64,000 nt of DNA from an uncultured Bacteroidales bacterium. GTDB taxonomy: Bacteria > Bacteroidota > Bacteroidia > Bacteroidales > Marinilabiliaceae. The DNA is taken from contig CAKUVM010000004.1 in NCBI GenBank assembly GCA_934699135.1, forward strand, positions 17,331 to 81,330, given 5' to 3'. Under the pieces are notes generated by a model, which was not told the DNA's origin, did not search any database, and worked only from the letters and a program-made list of their open reading frames with translations. The first letter of the stretch is position 1; every line of letters begins with the position of its first letter. The position numbers were made by a program, and so were the translations under genes. This document shows positions 10,630 to 20,049 of the stretch, piece by piece.

Positions 10630-12723
10630 TCATGCGCCTTGCGATGCGAAAAAGTCTTTCCTCTTTCGCCAAAAGAGTTTCCACTGGAGTTGCACCTTTG
10701 CGTCAGTTCGCCATGGCGCAAGCGTAAGGTCATTGCCCGACCCGATGGAAGAGCAGTCAAAACGACGCACCGACGAGAGCCACAGCCAAAGGCGGAAGCC
10801 GCGCCAAGGGCCAAGCGAGGCCATGCCGGTGAATGTCAGGCCGCGGCCGGAATATGAGGCGAAGCCCATATCGTACAAGACGCCGGGGCGGCTCACGTGG
10901 ACGCGGGCCGAGTGGCTGCCCGCGTTGAAATATGAGCAGTTGAAAGAAAGCGCCGCCCGCCCACCTGCGATGCCGAGGCGCGCGTCTTGCCCCGCCATAA
11001 AGCCGTGGGCCAGATCAGCGCCGGCCTCGTTGGCAAACGTATGCTCCACATTGGTCTTGAGGCGCAACGTGCCTCCACATTCCACGACGATGGCAGACAA
11101 GAGGCTGGCAGACTTTTCTTCGGCCCTTAGCGCGCTGAGAGGCAATCTGTCATAGGCCGTGTCGGCCGACGCTGCCAAGCCCGCCACAGTGGCGTCTTTA
11201 GACACATGGCGCAGCCGGAGGCTCACCTCACGCACAGCCGAGGATCGCGGCGCGAACAACACGGCGGCACGCCAACGCCACCCGGTCGAGGGCGTCAGAA
11301 CCGCGTATTGCAACCACCGCAGGCGCCACACATCAACATCGGCCATTACTGAAACCCCGTCAAACGGGCTGAAAGCTAGCCCCAGGCTCCCGCCACCCTC
11401 GCCGCCTGCCGCCGATGAGCGCGAGACGGGCTGCTGCGCCACGGCGTAATATCGGCGCCCAAAACGACGGACAGAAGCGAAAAACGAAGTGCCGGAACCA
11501 GCATCGACATCCACGCCCGCCACGCCTCCCCACGCGTCGCGGCCTTGAGAAGCCGCCTCAGCGTAGACATGGGCGCGGCCTATGAAAGCGCGGGCGTCGA
11601 GGCTATACGTGTCTATGGCCTTGACACTTGGTCGGTTGGCCAAATAGAGTCTGCCATTGGGGCCAAGGGGCTTGTCGGCCCTCCAGGTGTTCAGCCCAGC
11701 CCCCAGGCGCAGGCCTCCCATGTCGGCACTGACATGAACGCCGGCCTGCAAGACGAGCGTATTGTGCCTGCGCGCACGCTCCGCCTCCGTGCGGTGAAGG
11801 CCATCTGCGCGAATTGCGGATATTCGGGCAGTCCCGTCGGACGCGAGATAGGTGGTGGCGTCGGCCCGCAAGGCGGAACCATAGGCCGTGAGACGGAGCG
11901 GCAACCATCTCATCTCGGCCGCCAGGCCACGCAACTGGCCACTTTCGGCTGCAGAGAGCGTGGGACTTACGCCCGTGGCCACTCGCCCCGCCGAGCATCC
12001 CGTGAGCGGTTGGGCCAGGCCGAAGCCCGTCCAGACGCCAAGGCCTTGCCCCAGACGCACGTTATAATTGCCAATCACAAGGTTTCGGAGCGGTCCTCTG
12101 TTAGGGGCGAAACGCGCATAACCACCCCAAAAATCGAAAAATCTGGACTCTCCGGCATCGCCCTCTCCCACAAGGCCCAATCCCCAACGGCGCCCCACAC
12201 TGGCCCTAAGACGGCACAACCTCTTGACAGGGCCGCCCGCAAAAGGAGCCCTGCTTCCGCCCGTGGCCACAAAGCCGCGGCTGAGCGGCCACCTGCGCCC
12301 CACGCGTGCCACAGCCTCCAACTTGAGAGCCGAGGGAGAGGGCGAGTTTTCTAAGTTTTCCGCAAAGCTGACGAAATGGCCGAGCCGCAGCACATCGGAG
12401 CGAGAGAGCGACCTTACGGTCATGAGTTCTTGAAGTGAATGGAATTGTCCCACGGCACGCCTGTGCGCCAATAGGGCGTGAATCTTTACACTGTTGAGGA
12501 ATAGCAGCTTACCCAAATCGGACTCCGTCGCGGCGTTTATGTTAAGAGGGGTCGCGGCCAAGGCTCTCATCTCTGCCAATCCTTCCACGGCGGCATCATC
12601 TAGCCGGCCCTCCTCATCCAGTTCTCCGGCAACCTCTGCCACAATGTCATCTGAGTTCTGAGCCCACACGCCGGCCGATGAAGCCAAGAGAAACGCCAAG
12701 AGCGGCAGCAGAAACCGAGTCAT
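10630..12723 (-). CDS. Secreted protein with a ComEA-like helix-hairpin-helix domain and a large beta-barrel-like C-terminal region
   Basis: Signal peptide MTRFLLPLLAFLLASSAGVWAQ when started at ATG 12723. HhH/ComEA-like LNINAATESDLGKLLFLNSVKIHALLAHRRAVGQFHSLQELMTV. The C-terminal ~560 aa are rich in alternating aromatic/G/R strands. Its ATG overlaps the upstream stop (ATGA at 12720-12723). Confidence 0.7.
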   Translation of the reverse strand: MTRFLLPLLAFLLASSAGVWAQNSDDIVAEVAGELDEEGRLDDAAVEGLAEMRALAATPLNINAATESDLGKLLFLNSVKIHALLAHRRAVGQFHSLQELMTVRSLSRSDVLRLGHFVSFAENLENSPSPSALKLEAVARVGRRWPLSRGFVATGGSRAPFAGGPVKRLCRLRASVGRRWGLGLVGEGDAGESRFFDFWGGYARFAPNRGPLRNLVIGNYNVRLGQGLGVWTGFGLAQPLTGCSAGRVATGVSPTLSAAESGQLRGLAAEMRWLPLRLTAYGSALRADATTYLASDGTARISAIRADGLHRTEAERARRHNTLVLQAGVHVSADMGGLRLGAGLNTWRADKPLGPNGRLYLANRPSVKAIDTYSLDARAFIGRAHVYAEAASQGRDAWGGVAGVDVDAGSGTSFFASVRRFGRRYYAVAQQPVSRSSAAGGEGGGSLGLAFSPFDGVSVMADVDVWRLRWLQYAVLTPSTGWRWRAAVLFAPRSSAVREVSLRLRHVSKDATVAGLAASADTAYDRLPLSALRAEEKSASLLSAIVVECGGTLRLKTNVEHTFANEAGADLAHGFMAGQDARLGIAGGRAALSFNCSYFNAGSHSARVHVSRPGVLYDMGFASYSGRGLTFTGMASLGPWRGFRLWLWLSSVRRFDCSSIGSGNDLTLAPWRTDAKVQLQWKLFWRKRKDFFASQGA

Positions 12724-13565
12724 AGCCATTGAGGGTGAAATGTCAGCAAGGCGGCAGACGTCACTCCCAGGGCAAAATGATGGGCCACGGAGGCGTAAAC
12801 CCCCATAGCCACCCAATCATAGCCCACGCCCGCGCAAATCTGTCGGCCCAAGGATGAGAAGCCTGCCGTGAAACGCAACCGCTCGCAAGGCTGGAGCGAG
12901 ACTCCTATGTGCGCCACGGCCTCGCGTCCGCTCTCTTTCTCCAGCTCGGCGCAGAGCGTGAAATATAGCGGGGCGCGCCACGAGGCCGCTGCCCACAACG
13001 TTGTGGGGATGTCCTCTTCGCGCCCCGCGCGGCGCAAGCCCCGCCCCTCCACGTTCTTTACCGTCAAGCTCAAGAGCCAGGCGTCGGCTGGCCTGACTGC
13101 CACTCCCGTCACACTATACGACGACGCCCCGCTCTCGGCATAGGCCAACGAGTGCGTCACGCCATAATAGGCCACGCCGGCCGACACGCGCCCCCAACGG
13201 CGAGCCACCCAGCCGCCAAACGTGCAATAGTGGCTAAGCTCGCCACCACTACGTCCCACTCTGACGCCAACGTGCGCCAAAGGCGTTGGCACGTCCGCAG
13301 CCCCAGCCACCTCGGCCAAGTCTGCCAGGCCAAAAGGCAACACGCCGCCCACCGCCGCAGTAAGTCCATCGGACAACGCCACGGCGGCAGGATTGGCGGC
13401 CTCGATGGCAGAAATGAGGGAAAGGGAAGCCAAGCACCCAGCTCCAACCCCACCTGCCGGACGCGCGTCAATATTTTGCGCAAAGGCACTGGAGCAAAGG
13501 GAAAAGAGCAGACAGCCCAAACCGGCGGACAGACGCGGCAACGATTTCAATACAGCACTCTCCAT
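12720..13565 (-). CDS. Hypothetical secreted, beta-barrel-like protein
   Basis: Signal peptide (...GLGCLLFSLCSSAFAQ) from ATG 13565; the track start at 13571 is TTG. The composition is Gly/Ala/aromatic-rich. No known motif recognised. Confidence 0.55.
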   Translation of the reverse strand: MESAVLKSLPRLSAGLGCLLFSLCSSAFAQNIDARPAGGVGAGCLASLSLISAIEAANPAAVALSDGLTAAVGGVLPFGLADLAEVAGAADVPTPLAHVGVRVGRSGGELSHYCTFGGWVARRWGRVSAGVAYYGVTHSLAYAESGASSYSVTGVAVRPADAWLLSLTVKNVEGRGLRRAGREEDIPTTLWAAASWRAPLYFTLCAELEKESGREAVAHIGVSLQPCERLRFTAGFSSLGRQICAGVGYDWVAMGVYASVAHHFALGVTSAALLTFHPQWL

Positions 13566-14038
13566 TCGCAACGGTTGCCCATCCTCTCCAGGAAGCGGCG
13601 GAAGTCGGCCTGAGATATGGAGAGTGACACTCTGCTGTCATTGGGATGGAAGGCCAAAAGTTCAAGGCTGGCCAAGTTGGCGTCTATGAAGACAATAACT
13701 TCGCGCGCCGCGTCATTTATGAGGCCAAAGGGGCTCACAGAGCCGGGGCGCGCGCCAAGATACGCCATAAGCCTCTTTGGCGAGGCGAATGACAACTTTC
13801 CCTCGCCCAACCTTTTTTCCAAGTCGCTCATGCAGATGCTGCGCTCACAGTCCAAAACCACCAGGTAATGTCTCGTGCCCTTGTGGTTTCGCAAGAAGAT
13901 GTTTTTGCAGTGCTTGCCCTCTGCCGCGTTCCAATATTTTCTGGCGTCGTCTATGGTGGGCGTGGGCGGGTGCTCGGCATAATGGAATTCAATGCCCATC
14001 TGACTGAGCAAGTCATATAGTTCGGGCTGTCCTATCAT
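13547..14038 (-). CDS. YbaK/ProX-type aminoacyl-tRNA deacylase (prolyl-tRNA editing domain protein)
   Basis: Pattern HCKNIFLRNHKGTRHYLVVL...GARPGSVSPFGLIND is typical of the YbaK/ProX family. I chose ATG 14038 because a terminator hairpin sits at 14078-14117. Confidence 0.7.
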   Translation of the reverse strand: MIGQPELYDLLSQMGIEFHYAEHPPTPTIDDARKYWNAAEGKHCKNIFLRNHKGTRHYLVVLDCERSICMSDLEKRLGEGKLSFASPKRLMAYLGARPGSVSPFGLINDAAREVIVFIDANLASLELLAFHPNDSRVSLSISQADFRRFLERMGNRCEWRVLY

Positions 14039-14077
14039 CTGTTTTGCTCTTGGCGCGTTATGACGTCTGTGCAAAGA

Positions 14078-14117
14078 GGGGCGGGGCGTCTCCCGTCATA
14101 TGAGAGTCGCCCCGCCC
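14078..14117 (-). terminator. Terminator hairpin downstream of lipoprotein gene 14149..14970
   Basis: 10-bp GC stem gggcggggcg / cgccccgccc around a partly paired loop. The minus strand continues UCUUUGC. Confidence 0.5.
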
Positions 14118-14148
14118 TGTGTTTCATGGTGCTTGTCGAATCTGGCCG

Positions 14149-14970
14149 CTATGCCTGGCTAGGGTCCACCATCACGCTGCGGACGGCATCGGCCTGATCC
14201 TTGATGCTCTTCATGGTCTCCTCAGTGATACTGTTGGCGTCGGTCTTGGAGTAGATCTCGTTGAGGGGCTGAAGCCTTGTGCGGAGGGTCTTAATGTTGG
14301 CATCCGCCAAGTTCTGGTCAAGGAGCTTGACTAGCTTCTCCAGAGGCTCTTTCTGGCTGAGGAGAATCTTGACCATCTCCTTGTTGTCGAATGTGTCATC
14401 TGAAATGTGGGTGGCAATGTAGAGTCCCTCCACCCAGCTGCCGGCCACAATCATGAGCGAGACGGGGCCGCGGCCGTGTTTGTTGAGGTAGTCATATGAG
14501 TCGTAGAAAGCGTTGGAGATAAGCTCCGTCATGCCCTCTTTGTTGTTCTCGTTGTCCTCCATCTTCGTAGCCAGCTCCGGATCCACGGCCTGGGTCATAT
14601 CCAGCGCGTCTACGAGAGCCCTGATGGCCTGGGTGTACTCCATCACGTTGGCCTGCTGGTTATACGTGGAGGCGTAGCACAAGTCGGCGCTGTAGACCCC
14701 CATGTTTTGCGCGCGCTTGGCCTCAGTCACGTATTTATCCACATTGTCGCGAGGGTTGCAAATGTCCACGATATACGCGGCCTCGATGCGGTTGAGCATC
14801 TCCGTCACCTCAAAGGCCGTAGGCAGTGGGTATACGAACTCGCGGACGTTCTCCTCGACATTCTCGCGGCTCATGACTCCAGACTTGTCCTGGCTGCCGC
14901 TGACAGTGCAACTCGTGGCCACCATGGCCACAGCCCCGGCAACGATTGCCGACATTTGCAGCTTGCTCAT
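14149..14970 (-). CDS. Hypothetical lipoprotein
   Basis: ATG start and a signal peptide ending in a lipobox-like ...AMVATSC. The mature part appears helical. No domain recognised. Confidence 0.6.
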   Translation of the reverse strand: MSKLQMSAIVAGAVAMVATSCTVSGSQDKSGVMSRENVEENVREFVYPLPTAFEVTEMLNRIEAAYIVDICNPRDNVDKYVTEAKRAQNMGVYSADLCYASTYNQQANVMEYTQAIRALVDALDMTQAVDPELATKMEDNENNKEGMTELISNAFYDSYDYLNKHGRGPVSLMIVAGSWVEGLYIATHISDDTFDNKEMVKILLSQKEPLEKLVKLLDQNLADANIKTLRTRLQPLNEIYSKTDANSITEETMKSIKDQADAVRSVMVDPSQA

Positions 14971-15057
14971 ATCTTGTGTTTTCAGTTACTATTTTTATTT
15001 ATCGTTGCTAAAATAGCAAAAAGATGGAACACGGGCGGCCGTAGGATAAATATTTTT

Positions 15058-16149
15058 TCACTCCAGATTCAGTGACACGCTCACCGCCTTGTGGTCTGAC
15101 AGCGCGAGGGCGTGCTCCTCATACCCGCCATGGCGCAACCTAGCCGAGGCGAACACAAAGTCAATACGCAATGGAGGCAAGTTGCCGAGATAGGTGCGCG
15201 CCAAGCCCAGCCTGTGGCTCTCGCGGCAGTCAGACAGCTCTGACTGGCAGTCTCCGCGGGGGCGCGCCCCCGCCACGGTGTGGTAGGTGTATGAGACAGG
15301 CGTGTCATTGAAGTCTCCGCACACCACCACAGGCCGCGGTGAGTTATCCACCGCCCTGGCGAGCATCCGAGCCTCCACCGCACGGTGGGCGGCGGCGCCG
15401 ACGGCGATTCGGAGCGTCCCGCGAAGGGTGGAGGCATGGGCGCGGTTAATGTCCCTGGCCGTCACGGAGTCTATTTGTTTCTGTGTCAGCTTGAGCGACG
15501 CCAAGTGGCAGTTGAACAGACGCACAGTGTCTCCCCCCCAACACACATCGGTGGCCAAGAACACTTGCGGCACTTGCCCGCTCAGGCCCAAGGTGGCGGC
15601 ATCGTCCACCATACGGACAGGTGTCTTGGAGAGCGTGAGCTGATTAGACTTGCTGGCCATATACGGGTATCGGGCGAGGACATTGTCACAAGTCGCTGAG
15701 GATAAAGTCCTGAGCCTTGCCTCTGGCGGCACCTCTTGCAGGCACACCACGTCGGCATCTTGACTCAAGATGAAACAGGCTATCGAATCGAGCCGCTCAG
15801 CGGCACTCACAGTCCCATACGTTGCCAGACCCCTGACGTTGTAGGTGAGGAGTTTGACGCCCGACGCCGACTTTCGCGGCAAGGGCAAGTCCACCACGCG
15901 AAAGGCGGACGGGGCGGTGTACGCCAGGGCCAAGACGCAGGCCAATGCCGACACTCGCCAACGCAGCAACAGGCACAGCGGAATGGCCGCGGCCAACGCC
16001 ATCCACGCGTAGGGGAAGGCGAACCACAGGAGGCACAAAGGCCCCACATCATCGGGCGCCAGCCTGACAGACCACGCCACGAACGCCGTGAACACGGCCA
16101 ACAGCAGCACCGCCGCCTTGGCCAATCGGCGCAAGCCTCCAACCATCAT
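15058..16149 (-). CDS. Endonuclease/exonuclease/phosphatase (EEP) family protein with N-terminal membrane helices
   Basis: KLLTYNVRGL near the start of the catalytic domain, and a C-terminal LSDHKAVSV motif typical of EEP enzymes. The start ATG overlaps the upstream rhomboid stop (ATGA at 16146-16149). Confidence 0.75.
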   Translation of the reverse strand: MMVGGLRRLAKAAVLLLAVFTAFVAWSVRLAPDDVGPLCLLWFAFPYAWMALAAAIPLCLLLRWRVSALACVLALAYTAPSAFRVVDLPLPRKSASGVKLLTYNVRGLATYGTVSAAERLDSIACFILSQDADVVCLQEVPPEARLRTLSSATCDNVLARYPYMASKSNQLTLSKTPVRMVDDAATLGLSGQVPQVFLATDVCWGGDTVRLFNCHLASLKLTQKQIDSVTARDINRAHASTLRGTLRIAVGAAAHRAVEARMLARAVDNSPRPVVVCGDFNDTPVSYTYHTVAGARPRGDCQSELSDCRESHRLGLARTYLGNLPPLRIDFVFASARLRHGGYEEHALALSDHKAVSVSLNLE

Positions 16150-16964
16150 CTCTTGCTTTGCTCAAAAAGGATCCTTTTCTCCGCGTCGGTCAGGCTGTCA
16201 TATCCGCGGGCGCTGATCTTGTCCAAAATTCTGTCCACTTCGCGACCTTTGTCCACCTTGGCTTTGTTGAAGTCCCAATCAGGATTGCCAGACCCCCGCG
16301 TCACCCTCATCCGCCTGTTCCATCGCGGCGCGGCATCTCTCCCGGCCCAGACGCGCGCCAAAACGAAACCAGCCAACGCGCCCCCCAGGTGAGCCAAGTT
16401 GCCGCCCACGTTAGAGAGTCCCAAAACCATTATGAGTGAGATGCCCACGTAGACCATTGCCACATATTTAATCCGCACCTCCCCGAAAAACGTGACCCAA
16501 ACCAGCCTGTTGGGCTGCGCCACGGTGGCGGCCATCATGACACTCATTATGGCTCCCGACGCTCCCAGCAGAATGCCGCCGCCATCTATCATGCCGGTAA
16601 GGAAAGCGGCGGCGCAGCCCGTGAGGCCGCCCACCACGTAGGCCACGAGAGCGCGACGCCCGTTGGCGTAGGTGTTCATAAAGATGCGCCCGAACCAATA
16701 GAGGCACAGCATATTGAATATGAAGTGGAAGAAGTCATAGTGGGCGAAGATGTTGGAGACCACCGTCCAGGGCCTAGACAACACGCCCAGGCCCATGGGC
16801 ATGCCAAAAAGCAAGACGGCCCACCCGCGCGGCTCTGCTCCGCCAAGGGCGGCGAGATCCAGGAGGCGCATGACGAGGAAGACAGCCGTGTTGACGTAGA
16901 TGAGCTTGATGACAATGTCATTGCCACGAAACGACGCCCCAATCTCCTTTAATATCGAAGTCAT
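16146..16964 (-). CDS. Rhomboid-family intramembrane serine protease
   Basis: Multiple TM helices, a GxSG motif (LGASGAIMSVM) and a downstream His (NLAHLGGALAGF). The track start at 16976 is TTG; an ATG is at 16964. Confidence 0.8.
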   Translation of the reverse strand: MTSILKEIGASFRGNDIVIKLIYVNTAVFLVMRLLDLAALGGAEPRGWAVLLFGMPMGLGVLSRPWTVVSNIFAHYDFFHFIFNMLCLYWFGRIFMNTYANGRRALVAYVVGGLTGCAAAFLTGMIDGGGILLGASGAIMSVMMAATVAQPNRLVWVTFFGEVRIKYVAMVYVGISLIMVLGLSNVGGNLAHLGGALAGFVLARVWAGRDAAPRWNRRMRVTRGSGNPDWDFNKAKVDKGREVDRILDKISARGYDSLTDAEKRILFEQSKR

Positions 16965-16981
16965 GCCAGAGGACAATAAAG

Positions 16982-17794
16982 CTAGTTTAAACGCCTGACG
17001 CGCCAGTAGCGCAGCAAGACGAACCCGAAGAGCATGCCGCCAATGTGAGCCCAGTGAGCCACGTTGTCATAGTCCGCGCCATGGATGCCGCCGAACAACT
17101 CAATGAGTCCATAAATGATGACGAACCACTTTGCCTTGAGCGGGATGGGCGGGAAGAGTAGCATGATACGCATATTGGGGAAGAGCATGCCGAAAGCCAG
17201 CAGCACGCCAAACACCGCGCCAGAGGCTCCCACCGTGACCTGGGCGTTGACGTAGGCCGCCTGATATTGCTCGGCAAAAGAGCGGGCCAAGGCCGCGGCT
17301 CCCGCGGGGTCTGAGCCCAGGGTGTCATTATATTCCTTTATAAACGCCTCTATGGCCATCTTGGACTCTGCGGAGAAAGCCACGACGTGCGACGAGAGGA
17401 AACCCTGTATGTTTGCCGTGGAGGGGTCGTTCATTAGCTGGTCCACCGCCACCACGAGCGGGTGGAGGTCTATGCCCACGGCCAGCTGCTGGATGAGGCC
17501 GGAGCCTATGCCGCACGTGAGGTAATACGCCACAAAACGCCCCGTGCCCAGCGAGCTCTCAATGATGGTGCCAAACATCCAGAGGGCGAACATGTTGAAG
17601 AATATGTGGCTCACGCTGGCGTGCATGAACATGAACGTGACGAACTGCCACGGGCCGAAGTCTTTGGCCGTCACGTAGTGCAAGCCCAAGACGTTCTCCA
17701 GGTCTATTCGCAAACTGGTGCTGAAGACCCACGCTGCGGCGAAACACAGCACGTTGATGAGTAGCAGGTTCTTGACTGCCGGCGTCATTCTCAT
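16982..17794 (-). CDS. Rhomboid-family intramembrane serine protease (second paralog)
   Basis: GASGAVFGVLLAFG (GxSG) and AHIGGMLFGF, with HxxxN-like FMHASVSHIFFNM upstream. Confidence 0.8.
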   Translation of the reverse strand: MRMTPAVKNLLLINVLCFAAAWVFSTSLRIDLENVLGLHYVTAKDFGPWQFVTFMFMHASVSHIFFNMFALWMFGTIIESSLGTGRFVAYYLTCGIGSGLIQQLAVGIDLHPLVVAVDQLMNDPSTANIQGFLSSHVVAFSAESKMAIEAFIKEYNDTLGSDPAGAAALARSFAEQYQAAYVNAQVTVGASGAVFGVLLAFGMLFPNMRIMLLFPPIPLKAKWFVIIYGLIELFGGIHGADYDNVAHWAHIGGMLFGFVLLRYWRVRRLN

Positions 17795-17833
17795 ATTGTA
17801 GTGTCGTTCTGTTGTTGTCGTTTTATTTACTGG

Positions 17834-19654
17834 TCAGCGGAACATAGCGTCGATGTCGGCGTCGGCCATCACCCTCATTGTCGGGCGGCCAGACGGCGAC
17901 GTCTGCCTGTTGTCAGACGCCATGAGCTTGGCATAGAGGTCCGCCATCTCATCGGCCGACAATGCGCGGCCATAAGGGATGGCCTTGTGATCAGAGAGGC
18001 TGCGCGCAATGACGTCGCTCACGTCGGAGTGCACGTCCACCTCGCCAGAGCGGCAATTGAACGTGAGAGTCTCAATGAGAGACCGCACCGCCTCGACATC
18101 CATAAGGGCCGGGATGGACGTGATGGTGACGCGCCCCGCCGCAGAGTCCACCTCCAGGTCAATTCCCGCCGCGTTCATCTCTGCCGTCAGCTCGGAGAGT
18201 ACGCACAGATCCTCTGCGCCCATGGCCATGACCTCGGGGAAGAGAAGCCTCTGGCACTCCACGGCGGAGTGGGCCATCATGGCTTTCATGCGGTCATAGA
18301 GGACCCGCTCGTGAGCCCTGTGCTGATCTATCACCAGAAGCCCCGTCTCGACGGGGCGCAAGATGTAGCGCAGCTTATATTGCGTCAGCAGGCCGGCCTC
18401 GGCGGCGTCATTCCCCGCCGCGGGGAACAGGCCGGCCTCAGGGGCGTTGACGTGAGACTCGAAGCTCACCATACCGTCCGAAACCGGGTAGAGTGCCTCC
18501 CATCCGCTGGCGTCGGACCTGGGGGACTGACCGAAAGACTGCGCGTACTGGGCGGCATGGAGCCGCTCACTGGCGAAAGGGTTGTATGTGTTGGCGGCCT
18601 GGGCCGAGGGGTCGAAAGTGGGGATGTCTACCCTCTCGCCGCTGTCGAAGTCAATCTGCGGCAAGATGTTGTTGTCATTGAGGCAGGCACTCACCGTGGC
18701 GTTGAGAATCTTCCAGATGGCCTGGTCGTCATCAAACTTTATCTCAGTCTTTTGAGGATGGACGTTGACGTCCAGCGACTGCGGGTCTACATGGAAATAT
18801 ATGTAGTAGGCCGGCAGATGGTCGGGGCCTATTATGCCCTTGTACGCGTCGGTGACGGCCTTGTTGAAATAGGCGCTGCGCATATATCTGTCGTTGGCGA
18901 AGAAATATTGGTCTCCGCCACTTTTCCTGGCGGTCTCGGGAGTGCCAATGAAACCCGATATTTTCACCAGGCTCGTCTCGCACTCCAGCGAGAGCAGATT
19001 CTTGGCCATGGAAAGTCCGGCCACCCCGGCCACCCTCTGCTTCACGTTGCCTGCCGGCAGGTTGTATAGCGGCACGCCGCCAGACGTCAGGCTCATGCTC
19101 ACCGAAGGGTGCGCGAGCGCCACGCGCAGGAACTCGGAGCAGACGTGACGCATCTCGGCCGTGTCGGACTTAAGAAACCGCCGCCGCGCGGGGACGTTGA
19201 AAAACAAGTCCTTGACGCAAAAACGGCTTCCTTTGGGCGTGGCGCACGGCTCTTGGACCTCCACGTCCGAGCCCGCTAAGACAATCTTGACGCCGAGCTC
19301 CTGATCGGCCTGCCGCGTGAGGAGCTCCACCCTGGCCACGGCCGCGATGGAGGCCAGGGCCTCGCCGCGGAAACCCATGGTGGTGAGGCTATACAGATCC
19401 CGCGCCGACGCGATCTTTGACGTGGCGTGACGCTCAAAGGCCAGGCGCGCGTCGGTCTCTGTCATTCCGCATCCATCGTCAATGACTTGGATCTGCGTTC
19501 GCCCGGCATCTTGCACCAAGACTTTTATGTCCGTCGCCCCCGCGTCAATGGCGTTTTCCATCAACTCCTTGATCACCGAGGCGGGCCTTTGGATGACCTC
19601 GCCGGCGGCAATCTGGTTGGCCACGGTGTCCGGCAGCAGGTGAATAACGTTCAT
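17834..19654 (-). CDS. mutL: DNA mismatch repair protein MutL
   Basis: N-terminal GHKL ATPase signature LPDTVANQIAAGEVIQRPASVIKELMENAIDAG. 606 aa. Confidence 0.95.
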   Translation of the reverse strand: MNVIHLLPDTVANQIAAGEVIQRPASVIKELMENAIDAGATDIKVLVQDAGRTQIQVIDDGCGMTETDARLAFERHATSKIASARDLYSLTTMGFRGEALASIAAVARVELLTRQADQELGVKIVLAGSDVEVQEPCATPKGSRFCVKDLFFNVPARRRFLKSDTAEMRHVCSEFLRVALAHPSVSMSLTSGGVPLYNLPAGNVKQRVAGVAGLSMAKNLLSLECETSLVKISGFIGTPETARKSGGDQYFFANDRYMRSAYFNKAVTDAYKGIIGPDHLPAYYIYFHVDPQSLDVNVHPQKTEIKFDDDQAIWKILNATVSACLNDNNILPQIDFDSGERVDIPTFDPSAQAANTYNPFASERLHAAQYAQSFGQSPRSDASGWEALYPVSDGMVSFESHVNAPEAGLFPAAGNDAAEAGLLTQYKLRYILRPVETGLLVIDQHRAHERVLYDRMKAMMAHSAVECQRLLFPEVMAMGAEDLCVLSELTAEMNAAGIDLEVDSAAGRVTITSIPALMDVEAVRSLIETLTFNCRSGEVDVHSDVSDVIARSLSDHKAIPYGRALSADEMADLYAKLMASDNRQTSPSGRPTMRVMADADIDAMFR

Positions 19655-19682
19655 TCCTTTTGCGCTTGGTTCTACGTCAGGC

Positions 19683-20006
19683 CTACCTGGCGCCCGCCAG
19701 CAGCCCTATGAGGCTGTCTAGCTCGCCGCCCAAGTAGGCATAAAGGATGGCGCTGAGAATCAGCACAATGACCCAGCGCCGCACAAAACGCTGCCGGCTT
19801 CCGTCCTCCACGCTGGGCTTATAGCTAGCGTGGCGCATGCGCATGGAGCCGGCGCGGAGCATGCCGCCCGTGCCGGCCAGTTTCTCCACCTCGCTGGTCA
19901 GGCCCAGCTCCTCGCGCCTCTTTTTCACATACTCCTTGTCCGGGTCGTAATAAAGGGGCTTATACTCAAACACCTTGTGCTTGGGCAGTTGAATGAAAGA
20001 CTTCAT
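19683..20006 (-). CDS. Small hypothetical protein with a C-terminal membrane helix
   Basis: 107 aa with an ATG start. Tightly spaced upstream of mutL (28-nt gap). C-terminal hydrophobic helix WVIVLILSAILYAYL. Confidence 0.5.
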   Translation of the reverse strand: MKSFIQLPKHKVFEYKPLYYDPDKEYVKKRREELGLTSEVEKLAGTGGMLRAGSMRMRHASYKPSVEDGSRQRFVRRWVIVLILSAILYAYLGGELDSLIGLLAGAR

Positions 20007-20049
20007 ATGGTCATTGTGCGAATGTGGGACATTGCGCCGCGGCGCAGGG

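Noticed and set aside
10733-12354. Multiple ORFs of 60-270 aa on both strands inside the HhH/barrel gene (for example 11545..12354 + and 11603..11998 -)
   Set aside because: The region is roughly 65-70% G+C, which leaves several frames open. Only the 698-aa minus frame has a signal peptide, a ComEA-like motif and a coupled start, so the others are treated as shadows.
17801-19069. 422-aa + ORF opposite mutL
   Set aside because: It is an antisense shadow. The minus frame carries the unmistakable MutL GHKL signature.
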